From: Pseudodesulfovibrio piezophilus C1TLV30
GTDB taxonomy: Bacteria > Desulfobacterota > Desulfovibrionia > Desulfovibrionales > Desulfovibrionaceae
Assembly (NCBI RefSeq): GCF_000341895.1
Contig: NC_020409.1
Span: 3,062,411 to 3,094,410 of the forward strand
Direction: 5' to 3'
DNA length: 32,000 nucleotides
Positions 24,975 to 32,000 of the stretch are shown one piece after another (within the stretch, counting starts at the first letter, position 1; each line of letters opens with the position of its first letter). Position numbers and translations under genes: made by a program. The notes under the pieces are model-generated. The model was not told the origin of the DNA. It saw only the letters and a program-made list of their open reading frames with translations, and did not search any database.

Positions 24975-27185
24975 CTAAAACCCGATGGCGCGCTGTCTGC
25001 CCGTTTCGTTTTTAATTGCGGATTCCCTTGCCAGGGCTTGGACAAGATCTGCGTGGCGGATTTTGTTCTTCGGGTAGAACGCGAATCGGTCTCGTATGAT
25101 CTTGAAGTCTCCAGGTGTCAGGTTTTTTAGATGGCAAATGGCCTGGAGTTCATTGTCGGTCACCTGTCGGCTTACGAGAGGAGCAAGCATCTTATCGTAA
25201 AAGGAAGCCACGCCCTTCTTGCCCAGAAAATCGAAGAAAATTTTGTGATTGAATCTTCGCAGTGATGCCGAATCCAGTTCGTCCATACGGTTAGTGGTGC
25301 AGATGAGCAGCCCCCGGAAGTGTTCCATCTGGGTCAGGAATTCGTTGACCATGGACGTTTCCCATGATCGAACCGCTTTGTCCCGGCTGAAGAGCAGGCT
25401 GTCCGCTTCATCGATGACCAATACGGCCCGTTGCTTTTCGGCTTGCCGGAATGCCTTGGCTATTTGTTGCTCGCTTTGTCCTACCCACGCGCTCAGGAGG
25501 TCGCTCGTGCGCTTCACTATCAGCTCCCGTTTGAGATGCCGGGATAGATAACGGGACAGTTCCGTTTTTCCAGTTCCCGGAGGGCCGTAGAAAAGCAGGT
25601 TCATGTTGACGCGCAATTCGTCTGAATCCCTTTTGAGGTAGGCGTTGAATGCGTCCAGTTGCTCCAGGAGTGCCGACATGTCTGCATCCAGGTTAAGACC
25701 TTCCAGCGAATAATCGTTTTCAATGACGTCATCCCGCTTGATGGATCTGTCGCCGGATATCAACTGCTGGCTGGCTATGAGGGATCGCTCCACCGCTTGG
25801 AAGAATGGCCTTTTCTTTCGACCGGCTATTTCCTTGGCCTTTTTGATGGCCATATCAATGGAACCTGCGGACAGCGGATAGCGGACGGCAAATGTTTTCA
25901 TTTGATCCCTGGTGAGGAGTCCCAACACCTTGTTCTTGGCAGCAACCCGCTGCCAGATGTTGATGCGCTCGTCACGGCCGAGTTTCTGGAACTTCACGCT
26001 GTAGGCAAAACGCCGCATGACCGAATCCGGAATGCCGAAAGTGTCGTTCGTTATCCATATTGTCCTGGTGCCGGGACGCTCAAGGAATTCGTTGAGCCAT
26101 CCTTTATCCTGCTTGTCGCCCGAGAAGATGTAAGCGAATTCGGTGTTGAGCAGGTTGTCCGCTTCGTCGACGATCACCAACCCTTCCTGTCCATTCCCCG
26201 TCATATTGAGACAAGCTTCGAGAGCTTTTTTGCGTGCTGAGGAATCGCTGTTGTCAGTTGTCCTGACATTATAGGCATTTTGCCCGATTTTATGAGCTGC
26301 CGTCGCGGCGAAGCTGCTTTTACCCGCGCCGGGCTCGCCGTACAAAAGGATATGCGTCGGAGCCGTGTTGTCGGCTTTCAAAAGGGCGAGGATGTGTTCG
26401 GCCACGCCTTCTTCAAGGGGAAAGTACTCTAGGGGAAGGAGTTCTTTCTTCGCCTGCTTGTAGAAAAGGTCCTCCATGTTCTCGAGCGGGGTGGTGAAAA
26501 TTGATTCGACGACCCGGTCAACCGTCAGCGATCCGTATTTGTCTACCAACTCAAGTCTGGAGATTTTCCCGGAAATGGCTTTGTTGAAATCCTGTTGCGA
26601 GATATTCAGCATGGTGGAGAAAACTCCTGATTTCCCCTGCTCTCGACAGCTCAAGTGGGAATCAAAGTATTCATTGAGTATATCCCAATTCTCGAGCAGA
26701 TGAACAGCGAGGATTATAGCCACCTCCGTTTCATTGAGTCGAAAGAATGTTTGCAGAATCTTGCATCCTTTATCGAGGTTGGACTCGTGCGTACCGGGGA
26801 AGTCGTGGAGGCGGTTGCTCAATTGCTCATGCAGAATTGATGCGAGTGGATGAGATAGGGCTACCCCGCATTTCTTTATCAGAATTTCAATATTGTCTGC
26901 GAGGATGCTGTGATCTTCCAAGTCGTCGAAGTGTTGAAGACGTTCCTCCAATTCTCCGGGGGTGAGCTTTTGGGGGCCGGTAACAGTGATCAGTTCCTTG
27001 CATTCGGCCAAAAATTCAGGAGCCCTGTCATTCAGGGCTTTGAGAGAAAACCTGATTGCGTTTTCGTCAAGCGGGATTCCCTTGCTGAGCAACCGCATAA
27101 ACCAGGTGATGCTGGTTTCAAAAACATAGATATCGTCGTCGCTCAAAAATTGGTCAGGAATACGTTCGATGGAGCCAAAGCCCAT
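24975..27185 (-). CDS. Tandem AAA+ ATPase (two P-loop modules, the second of classical SpoVK/Cdc48 type) with a ~270-aa N-terminal domain of unknown function
   Basis: 736 aa; GGAGG lies 5 nt before ATG 27185. Module 1: LLYGEPGAGKSS ... LVIVDEADNLL. Module 2: LLFYGPPGTGKTELS ... VLVIDEADSLL ... ICTTNRMDELDSASLRRF (a second-region-of-homology-like segment). Confidence 0.8.
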   Translation of the reverse strand: MGFGSIERIPDQFLSDDDIYVFETSITWFMRLLSKGIPLDENAIRFSLKALNDRAPEFLAECKELITVTGPQKLTPGELEERLQHFDDLEDHSILADNIEILIKKCGVALSHPLASILHEQLSNRLHDFPGTHESNLDKGCKILQTFFRLNETEVAIILAVHLLENWDILNEYFDSHLSCREQGKSGVFSTMLNISQQDFNKAISGKISRLELVDKYGSLTVDRVVESIFTTPLENMEDLFYKQAKKELLPLEYFPLEEGVAEHILALLKADNTAPTHILLYGEPGAGKSSFAATAAHKIGQNAYNVRTTDNSDSSARKKALEACLNMTGNGQEGLVIVDEADNLLNTEFAYIFSGDKQDKGWLNEFLERPGTRTIWITNDTFGIPDSVMRRFAYSVKFQKLGRDERINIWQRVAAKNKVLGLLTRDQMKTFAVRYPLSAGSIDMAIKKAKEIAGRKKRPFFQAVERSLIASQQLISGDRSIKRDDVIENDYSLEGLNLDADMSALLEQLDAFNAYLKRDSDELRVNMNLLFYGPPGTGKTELSRYLSRHLKRELIVKRTSDLLSAWVGQSEQQIAKAFRQAEKQRAVLVIDEADSLLFSRDKAVRSWETSMVNEFLTQMEHFRGLLICTTNRMDELDSASLRRFNHKIFFDFLGKKGVASFYDKMLAPLVSRQVTDNELQAICHLKNLTPGDFKIIRDRFAFYPKNKIRHADLVQALARESAIKNETGRQRAIGF

Positions 27186-27281
27186 AAATCCCTCCTTGGA
27201 TCAAGATTGCGTGTGCTGGTCTGAGAGTGTAAATGTCGGTCGTTCCAAAATACGGAACAATCTGTTTAGAAAGTATGGCTA

Positions 27282-28460
27282 TCAATCGGGTGGGGAATTT
27301 ATGTCTTTGAGCCAAGCCGAAACGATGTCCCATGAGAGGGCATTGGGTTCCCTGTTTTGGTGGAGCTTGAACTCTTGCACCACAAAGCCGTCGTAGTCTC
27401 TGCCGAGGGCGATTGTGCCGCGTTCGGGCCACAAAACTTTGTAAAACGTGAGTGCTCCGGAAGAAGCTTCGTTGAGATAGCTGAATACGCAGTGGTTCAG
27501 TTCCTCTCCTTCTTCATAAAGCTCATGGACGGTTGTGATGGGGACAATCGTGTCAGTGCCAGGCGCTTTAGGCGCAGCAAGGTCAGGACTCTCTTTTTGT
27601 TTTATGTATGCAGCCAATTTTTGTTCATCAGTGACTTCGTTTGCCCATTTTGAATGAAGGCTCAGTAACTGCTTGTAATCCGAACATCGCTTCAGGGCCT
27701 GCCATGGATCTTGTTTTTCCATGAATTCGGCAATCCGCAGACATTCATAGAATTCTTCGCGTATTCGTTTATAGAGAGAATTGAATGTCTCCTGCTCCCG
27801 AATGAGCTTTTTGAAAAATGCGCAACTGAGCAGGTCTTCGTTCATCTCGGAACGGGACAATGCCTTAAGATTAATTGTCCCACAGTGAAGGAGGTGACTT
27901 GTGATCGCCGTGTCCCCCGTGACTTTCTTGAGGGCAAGGAATTCGTTGAAGTCATAGTCTACCATCAGGATTCGTTTGATGAATTTTACCGAAAGCGATG
28001 GGTTGTACGGATGTAGCTGTTTTACGATCTGTTTCTGTTTGAGCCGAATCAATTCACGACATTCTATATACGACATGCTGCCCGTGCTCATCTGCTCGGC
28101 GATGAGCCAAAGCAGGATGGGATTGGAATGGGCGAGATCAATGGCGTAGGACGTGAAGCGCATCAAGCGAAGGATGTTTAGTTGGTGCCATCTGAAAGGT
28201 TTTGCCAGTTCTCGTATTTCTTTGGGGATTCTGTCGAGGAACCGTTGGCGAACCGGACACGGCTTTCGGAATCTCGGTTGAGTGAAGAGTAGGCGCAGTC
28301 CAGGAAGCCGGTCTACCGGCGTCCATTTTTGGTCAATCCAACAGTAGCAACCAAAATCTGCATTCCACGGCGTCAGGCAGAACGCTGCGCCATCTGCTTT
28401 GAAGTAGAGGCAATCTTGGTCCTTTCGGTGATGTATAAGATCTCGGTCTCGTATTTTCAT
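27282..28460 (-). CDS. PcfJ-like protein
   Basis: 392 aa; GGAGG lies 8 nt before ATG 28460. The C-terminal segment VHELYEEGEELNHCVFSYLNEASSGALTFYKVLWPERGTIAL resembles the conserved EG..hxHCV..Y core of the PcfJ family as I recall it. No search was run. Confidence 0.5.
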   Translation of the reverse strand: MKIRDRDLIHHRKDQDCLYFKADGAAFCLTPWNADFGCYCWIDQKWTPVDRLPGLRLLFTQPRFRKPCPVRQRFLDRIPKEIRELAKPFRWHQLNILRLMRFTSYAIDLAHSNPILLWLIAEQMSTGSMSYIECRELIRLKQKQIVKQLHPYNPSLSVKFIKRILMVDYDFNEFLALKKVTGDTAITSHLLHCGTINLKALSRSEMNEDLLSCAFFKKLIREQETFNSLYKRIREEFYECLRIAEFMEKQDPWQALKRCSDYKQLLSLHSKWANEVTDEQKLAAYIKQKESPDLAAPKAPGTDTIVPITTVHELYEEGEELNHCVFSYLNEASSGALTFYKVLWPERGTIALGRDYDGFVVQEFKLHQNREPNALSWDIVSAWLKDINSPPD

Positions 28461-28796
28461 GAATTATTCCTCCCTGCGTGGAGAAATTATGTCAGAGGAA
28501 TGTTCCAGAAAGCGGAATGTAGGGTCGCTCTTTTGAATTAGGGTGATGCTCTTTCAAAGTGATCCACGGGCCATCCCCTAAATCCCCATCGAAGGCGTAG
28601 TCCTGCCAGCAGGTGCTTTGATGGCCGCCAAGGCCGTGTCCGTTATGTGTCCGCTTTTTCCACGACGCCCTGTAAAAAGCGACGACATTCCGCGCTTTCT
28701 GCACGTTCTGTTCAAAAGTGGCTTGAAGTCGCTTGGCGGCGATAAGTCCTTTGTTTTTAAATTGTTAAGTGGTTAGTCTGGTTCAGTGCCAACAAA

Positions 28797-28842
28797 AATG
28801 GCATTCAAGAGGTCGTGGGTTCGATTCCCTCCAGCTCCACCA
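28797..28842 (+). repeat. attR: 46-nt copy of the tRNA-Ala 3' part (no 5' half, so not a gene)
   Basis: Identical to 5019-5064. The sequence upstream (gttcagtgccaacaaa) has no acceptor or D-arm counterpart. Confidence 0.9.
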
Positions 28843-28851
28843 ATGATTATA

Positions 28852-28886
28852 AAGGCTTAGAAGGTTTTCCTTCTAAGCTTTTTTTT
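28852..28886 (+). terminator. Rho-independent terminator, probably the original tRNA-Ala terminator
   Basis: Perfect 10-bp stem gcttagaagg / ccttctaagc (28855-28864 / 28869-28878), loop tttt, then T8 ending at 28886. Confidence 0.75.
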
Positions 28887-29171
28887 CGTGGGATATACAA
28901 ATGATAGCAAGGTGATTGTGTGTACTTTTCAGCATGGTTAGGCCGTTGGATGTGGCGGTATGGAAAGTGCCTTTTCGCAAAAATGCTCATTTTGAAAAAG
29001 AAAAAATTGACTCTTGAATAAAAATGATCTTTTTATAGCATGTCAGCCACTCAGTACAAGGAAGATTGGATTCACCTTACGTGCAAACAAGCTTGTTTAA
29101 GGTGTGTTTCAGGTCGTAAACATCGTGACAGACTCACATCTGAGACTCCTTAGTATAGGGGGAGGGGGCTT

Positions 29172-29480
29172 TTGAACCCAACCCGGTCGGGCGACGGTCT
29201 CGGAATTGAACTGAAGGTAACTCTAAACCAGCGAGTGCAAGAGATGAGTAAAGAGCAGGAAAAGGTCAAAAAGATTTATATAGGCTACCACCCCCGGACG
29301 CATGACGGCAGCTCTCCGCAAAAACGCTCTCTTGCTGACTCCATTGAAATTATGGAGGCCTTCAACGAAGAGCAGATAGAGGAGAGACTGAAAGCAGAGC
29401 TTGTAGAAATAGCCTGTAGCGATCTTTGCGCTGTTGCTGTCATGGAAACAACGATCTGCAAAGTCTGGCAATATATTTAA
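29172..29480 (+). CDS. Hypothetical small protein (102 aa)
   Basis: TTG start with GGAGG (29161-29165) 6 nt upstream. No recognisable motifs. It is the only SD-supported ORF in a ~1-kb gene-poor stretch. Confidence 0.3.
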   Translation: MNPTRSGDGLGIELKVTLNQRVQEMSKEQEKVKKIYIGYHPRTHDGSSPQKRSLADSIEIMEAFNEEQIEERLKAELVEIACSDLCAVAVMETTICKVWQYI

Positions 29481-29855
29481 GACTCGTCCAACAGCCCTTC
29501 CTTCATTTTTGCTGTGGTGTCTCGTTTCTTTAGAGAGAATCCATCAATTCACTGCTCAGGTCTCTGTGGCTGGGCGATTTTTTTGGAACGGTCTCCCTCC
29601 CAAAAAAAGTCAGAATCCCTTGCAGTACCTCTCTTACCCCCAATAGAACGTGTCGACCAGGAATCTGGAATAGAGGTTGAGCGTCGATTGGCGGGTGTGC
29701 GATTCTGCGAAAACAAGTGGAAAATGTTTCTCCAGTCGTCTTCCTGGTAAAATTCCCCCTATCTCCCCTCCTCATTTGCGTGTTCCCGTGTCTTGAGGTA
29801 CGCCCATTGGTCTGCTTGGTGGCGGAGTTTGATCACTGCATAAATGAGGAATTGA

Positions 29856-31085
29856 ATGGGAAAGCATATTATTGAAGAGGCATCTCGTTGCCTGAGGTGT
29901 AAAAAACCGTTGTGTAGTAAAGGATGCCCTGTTTCCACTCCGGCGAACAAGATGGTGGAGGCCCTGCTGGAAGGAGACATGAAGAAGGCGGGTGCCATGT
30001 TGTTTGCCAACAACCCGCTGACTGCCGTCTGTTCGTTGATCTGCCCGCACGAGAATTTTTGTGAGGGGCACTGTATCCTGGGAAAGAAAGGGGCACCTGT
30101 TCAGGTGAGCAGTATTGAGCAGTATGTCTCTCGTTATTATCTGGAACAGTTCGATCCCGAACGGCCGGTGAACCAAAATAATGGCAAGCGGGTTGCTATA
30201 GTTGGATCCGGCCCAGCTGGTATCACGGTGGCCTTTATCTTGGCAGCCCAGGGGTTTGATGTCACTGTTTTCGAGTCAAAAGAGCGCATAGGCGGCGTCC
30301 TCCAATATGGTATCCCGGACTTTCGCCTGCCAAAGGATATTCTTGAAAAGCTCAAGGAAAAGCTCCAATCCCTCGGCGTGAAGATTCGCCCCAATATGCT
30401 CATCGGACCTGTTGTCAGCATTGATGATCTGTTTCGGGACGACTACAAGGCTGTTTTCATCGGGACTGGGGTGTGGAATCCAAGACCGCTTCGGCTCAAG
30501 GGTGAGACGCTGGGGAATGTGCATTATGCTATCCACTATCTCAAGAATCCCAAAGTTTACTCTCTTGGTCGCAAAGTCGCGGTTATCGGCGCGGGTAATG
30601 TGGCAATGGATGTCGCACGGACAGCTCTTCGGGAGGGGGCGCAAGAAGTCACTATCCTTTACCGACGTGGTGAAGATGATATTTCTGCCACCAAATACGA
30701 ATATGAATACGCCAAAATCGACGGTGTTCGGTTCAAATTCTATTCGTCACCGGTGGAAATCACGGAGAGAGGTGTTATTTGTGTGGAGACGCAGGTGGTC
30801 CAGGGGGCGGACGGTCGAGCTGGAGTCGAACCTGTACCGGGGTCTGAATCGTTGTTTGAGGCCGACTCTGTCTTCATCGCTGTCAGTCAGGCTCCACGTA
30901 ACAATCTGACCGGGTTGGAAGTTGGTAAGACCGGGCTGGTCATTACTGATGAAGATGGGCGTACCACGCGTTCCGGTGTCTTTGCATCGGGCGATGTTGT
31001 CACCGGAGCAAAAACCGTGGCGGAAGCCGTGAGTCTGTCCAAGCGGTCGGCACAAGCCATTATCGACTATATTGACGGTCTGTAG
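29856..31085 (+). CDS. GltD-like NAD(P)H-dependent oxidoreductase (glutamate synthase small-subunit family)
   Basis: 409 aa; GAGGAA lies before the ATG. N-terminal Cys clusters: CLRCKKPLCSKGCP and CPHENFCEGHC. Two Rossmann motifs: VAIVGSGPAGIT and VAVIGAGNVAMD. The C-terminal GVFASGDVVTG is typical of this family. Confidence 0.8.
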   Translation: MGKHIIEEASRCLRCKKPLCSKGCPVSTPANKMVEALLEGDMKKAGAMLFANNPLTAVCSLICPHENFCEGHCILGKKGAPVQVSSIEQYVSRYYLEQFDPERPVNQNNGKRVAIVGSGPAGITVAFILAAQGFDVTVFESKERIGGVLQYGIPDFRLPKDILEKLKEKLQSLGVKIRPNMLIGPVVSIDDLFRDDYKAVFIGTGVWNPRPLRLKGETLGNVHYAIHYLKNPKVYSLGRKVAVIGAGNVAMDVARTALREGAQEVTILYRRGEDDISATKYEYEYAKIDGVRFKFYSSPVEITERGVICVETQVVQGADGRAGVEPVPGSESLFEADSVFIAVSQAPRNNLTGLEVGKTGLVITDEDGRTTRSGVFASGDVVTGAKTVAEAVSLSKRSAQAIIDYIDGL

Positions 31086-31152
31086 GACGGTCGTTGCACT
31101 GAAGTTTCATGAGCGGTCCGGGGAGTTTGCTTCTTCGGGCCGTCCTTGTCAT

Positions 31153-31764
31153 TCAGTCTTGAAGGTCAGGCTCGGTTTCTTTGCTGTACAATTCTTCGAG
31201 TGATTTGGTGAAGTGGCGGACGATGGCGTTTTTGTCCAGTTGACTGCGGTTCTCTTCGGGCAGGAGGAAAAAACTCAGCGAAATGCCGACCAGGGAGGCC
31301 AATCCCAAAAAAGCCCTTGTGTCCCTGTCATCCCCTTTCATGAAACGGGCGCGGCGTTCTTTTTGCCGTAAGAAGTATTCGGACACCACATCGGAAACTT
31401 CTGGGTCCATGGCAGAGAGAAGAAGCAGTCGGAGTTTTTCTTTTCTCGGATTGTCATCCTCGGCAAGCAGCTCAGTCATGACCTCTCGAGCCAGGTTCTG
31501 TTCCCCGTGTGATGAGAGGACACTGTGCCCCATGGAGTGTACCACTTCATTGAAGAGTTTCTTCTTTGAACCGAAGTAGCGGTTGATCAGTGTGATATTG
31601 ACCCCGGCTGCTGCGGCAATGCTCCGCGTGCCGACGTTCTTGTAGATATCCTGTGAAAACAGTGTCCGTGCAGCGATGAGAATGCGTTTCTTTGTCTCTG
31701 CTGCGTTTCGCGGGTGGTGTTCAGGAGGCTTCTGGCTACTTGATGTGCCGTTCCGGACTGACAT
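31153..31764 (-). CDS. TetR/AcrR-family transcriptional regulator
   Basis: 203 aa. The N-terminal HTH is KKRILIAARTLFSQDIYKNVGTRSIAAAAGVNITLINRYFGSKKKLF. GAAGGAA lies upstream of ATG 31764. Confidence 0.85.
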   Translation of the reverse strand: MSVRNGTSSSQKPPEHHPRNAAETKKRILIAARTLFSQDIYKNVGTRSIAAAAGVNITLINRYFGSKKKLFNEVVHSMGHSVLSSHGEQNLAREVMTELLAEDDNPRKEKLRLLLLSAMDPEVSDVVSEYFLRQKERRARFMKGDDRDTRAFLGLASLVGISLSFFLLPEENRSQLDKNAIVRHFTKSLEELYSKETEPDLQD

Positions 31765-31819
31765 TTATGTAATTCCTTCTCTTTGTTCTTGACAGAAAGA
31801 ATCTTGTCACACTACTACT

Positions 31820-31839
31820 ATGTAGTCAACTGATTACAT
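31820..31839. promoter_or_regulatory. Candidate TetR operator (imperfect palindrome)
   Basis: ATGTAGTCA-ac-TGATTACAT has 9-bp arms with one mismatch, 56 nt upstream of the TetR ATG. On the minus strand it overlaps a TTGACT -35-like hexamer. Confidence 0.4.
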
Positions 31840-31840
31840 A

Positions 31841-31910
31841 CGCCAATGCGGGCCAATGCGGGCCAATGCGGGCCAATGCGGGCCAATGCGGGCCAATGCG
31901 GGCCAATGTG
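31841..31910. repeat. Tandem repeat, 7 x 10 bp (GGCCAATGCG)
   Basis: cgccaatgcg, then five perfect ggccaatgcg units, then ggccaatgtg. It directly abuts the palindrome at 31820-31839. Confidence 0.95.
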
Positions 31911-31963
31911 GTTGACGTTGCTCGTGGTAGAGTGGTCAAAGAGTGTAGAAAATATTATACAAG

Positions 31964-31983
31964 CTGTAATCGTATGATTACAG
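31964..31983. promoter_or_regulatory. Perfect palindrome CTGTAATC-gtat-GATTACAG (second candidate operator)
   Basis: 8-bp perfect arms that share the GATTACA core with the half-site at 31831-31839. Confidence 0.35.
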
Positions 31984-32000
31984 AACGTCCGAGAGGGTCA

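Noticed and set aside
28492-28704. 70-aa minus-strand ORF (GTG start) between attR and the PcfJ-like gene
   Set aside because: It has no SD and no ATG, and I recognise no family. It might be a fragment of a truncated gene at the island end. It is not supportable as a gene from sequence alone.
31841-31910. The 10-bp tandem array as a CRISPR array
   Set aside because: The units are contiguous with no spacers, the unit is far too short, and there are no cas genes in the window.

Overview
This 32-kb window is a bacterial chromosome segment of roughly 48-50% G+C, judged from hand-counted sample lines. The gene content hints at an anaerobic Desulfovibrio-like host, but that is only a guess. A ~23.8-kb integrative island (5019-28842) sits in the 3' end of tRNA-Ala(GGC) and interrupts the backbone.

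Backbone genes:
- 1-1091 (-): the 5' part of a giant repeat adhesin. It is missing from the ORF track because it has no stop inside the window.
- A ferredoxin-nitroreductase fusion.
- A CHASE2 nucleotide cyclase.
- tRNA-Ala.
- Right of the island: a GltD-like NAD(P)H oxidoreductase and a TetR regulator. The TetR upstream region carries GATTACA-type palindromes and a 7 x 10-bp tandem repeat.

Island boundaries: a perfect 46-nt direct repeat of the tRNA 3' part (5019-5064 and 28797-28842).

Island content, left to right:
- A tyrosine integrase, an excisionase-like HTH protein and a second recombinase-like gene.
- A 0.7-kb hairpin-rich non-coding stretch.
- A 1968-aa fusion protein (transglutaminase-like, DUF4011-like, SF1B helicase, Vsr/DUF559 nuclease, DUF3320-like). 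From memory it resembles the Hhe defence gene.
- A decayed IS3 remnant.
- A translationally coupled AddB-like/AddA-like helicase-nuclease pair, followed by a low-GC PD-(D/E)XK-motif gene.
- A co-oriented minus-strand arm: PcfJ-like protein, tandem AAA+ ATPase, WYL regulator coupled to a small PD-(D/E)XK-motif protein, and a DUF4116 protein.

I see no virion, conjugation, replication or methyltransferase genes, so the cargo reads as a mosaic defence island.

Best candidates for an undescribed system:
1. The island-borne AddAB-like pair plus the third nuclease (14991-22312).
2. The WYL-regulated putative nuclease (23173-24947).
3. The PcfJ-like plus double-AAA+ pair (24975-28460).

All family assignments come from motif reading by eye. 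No searches were run.
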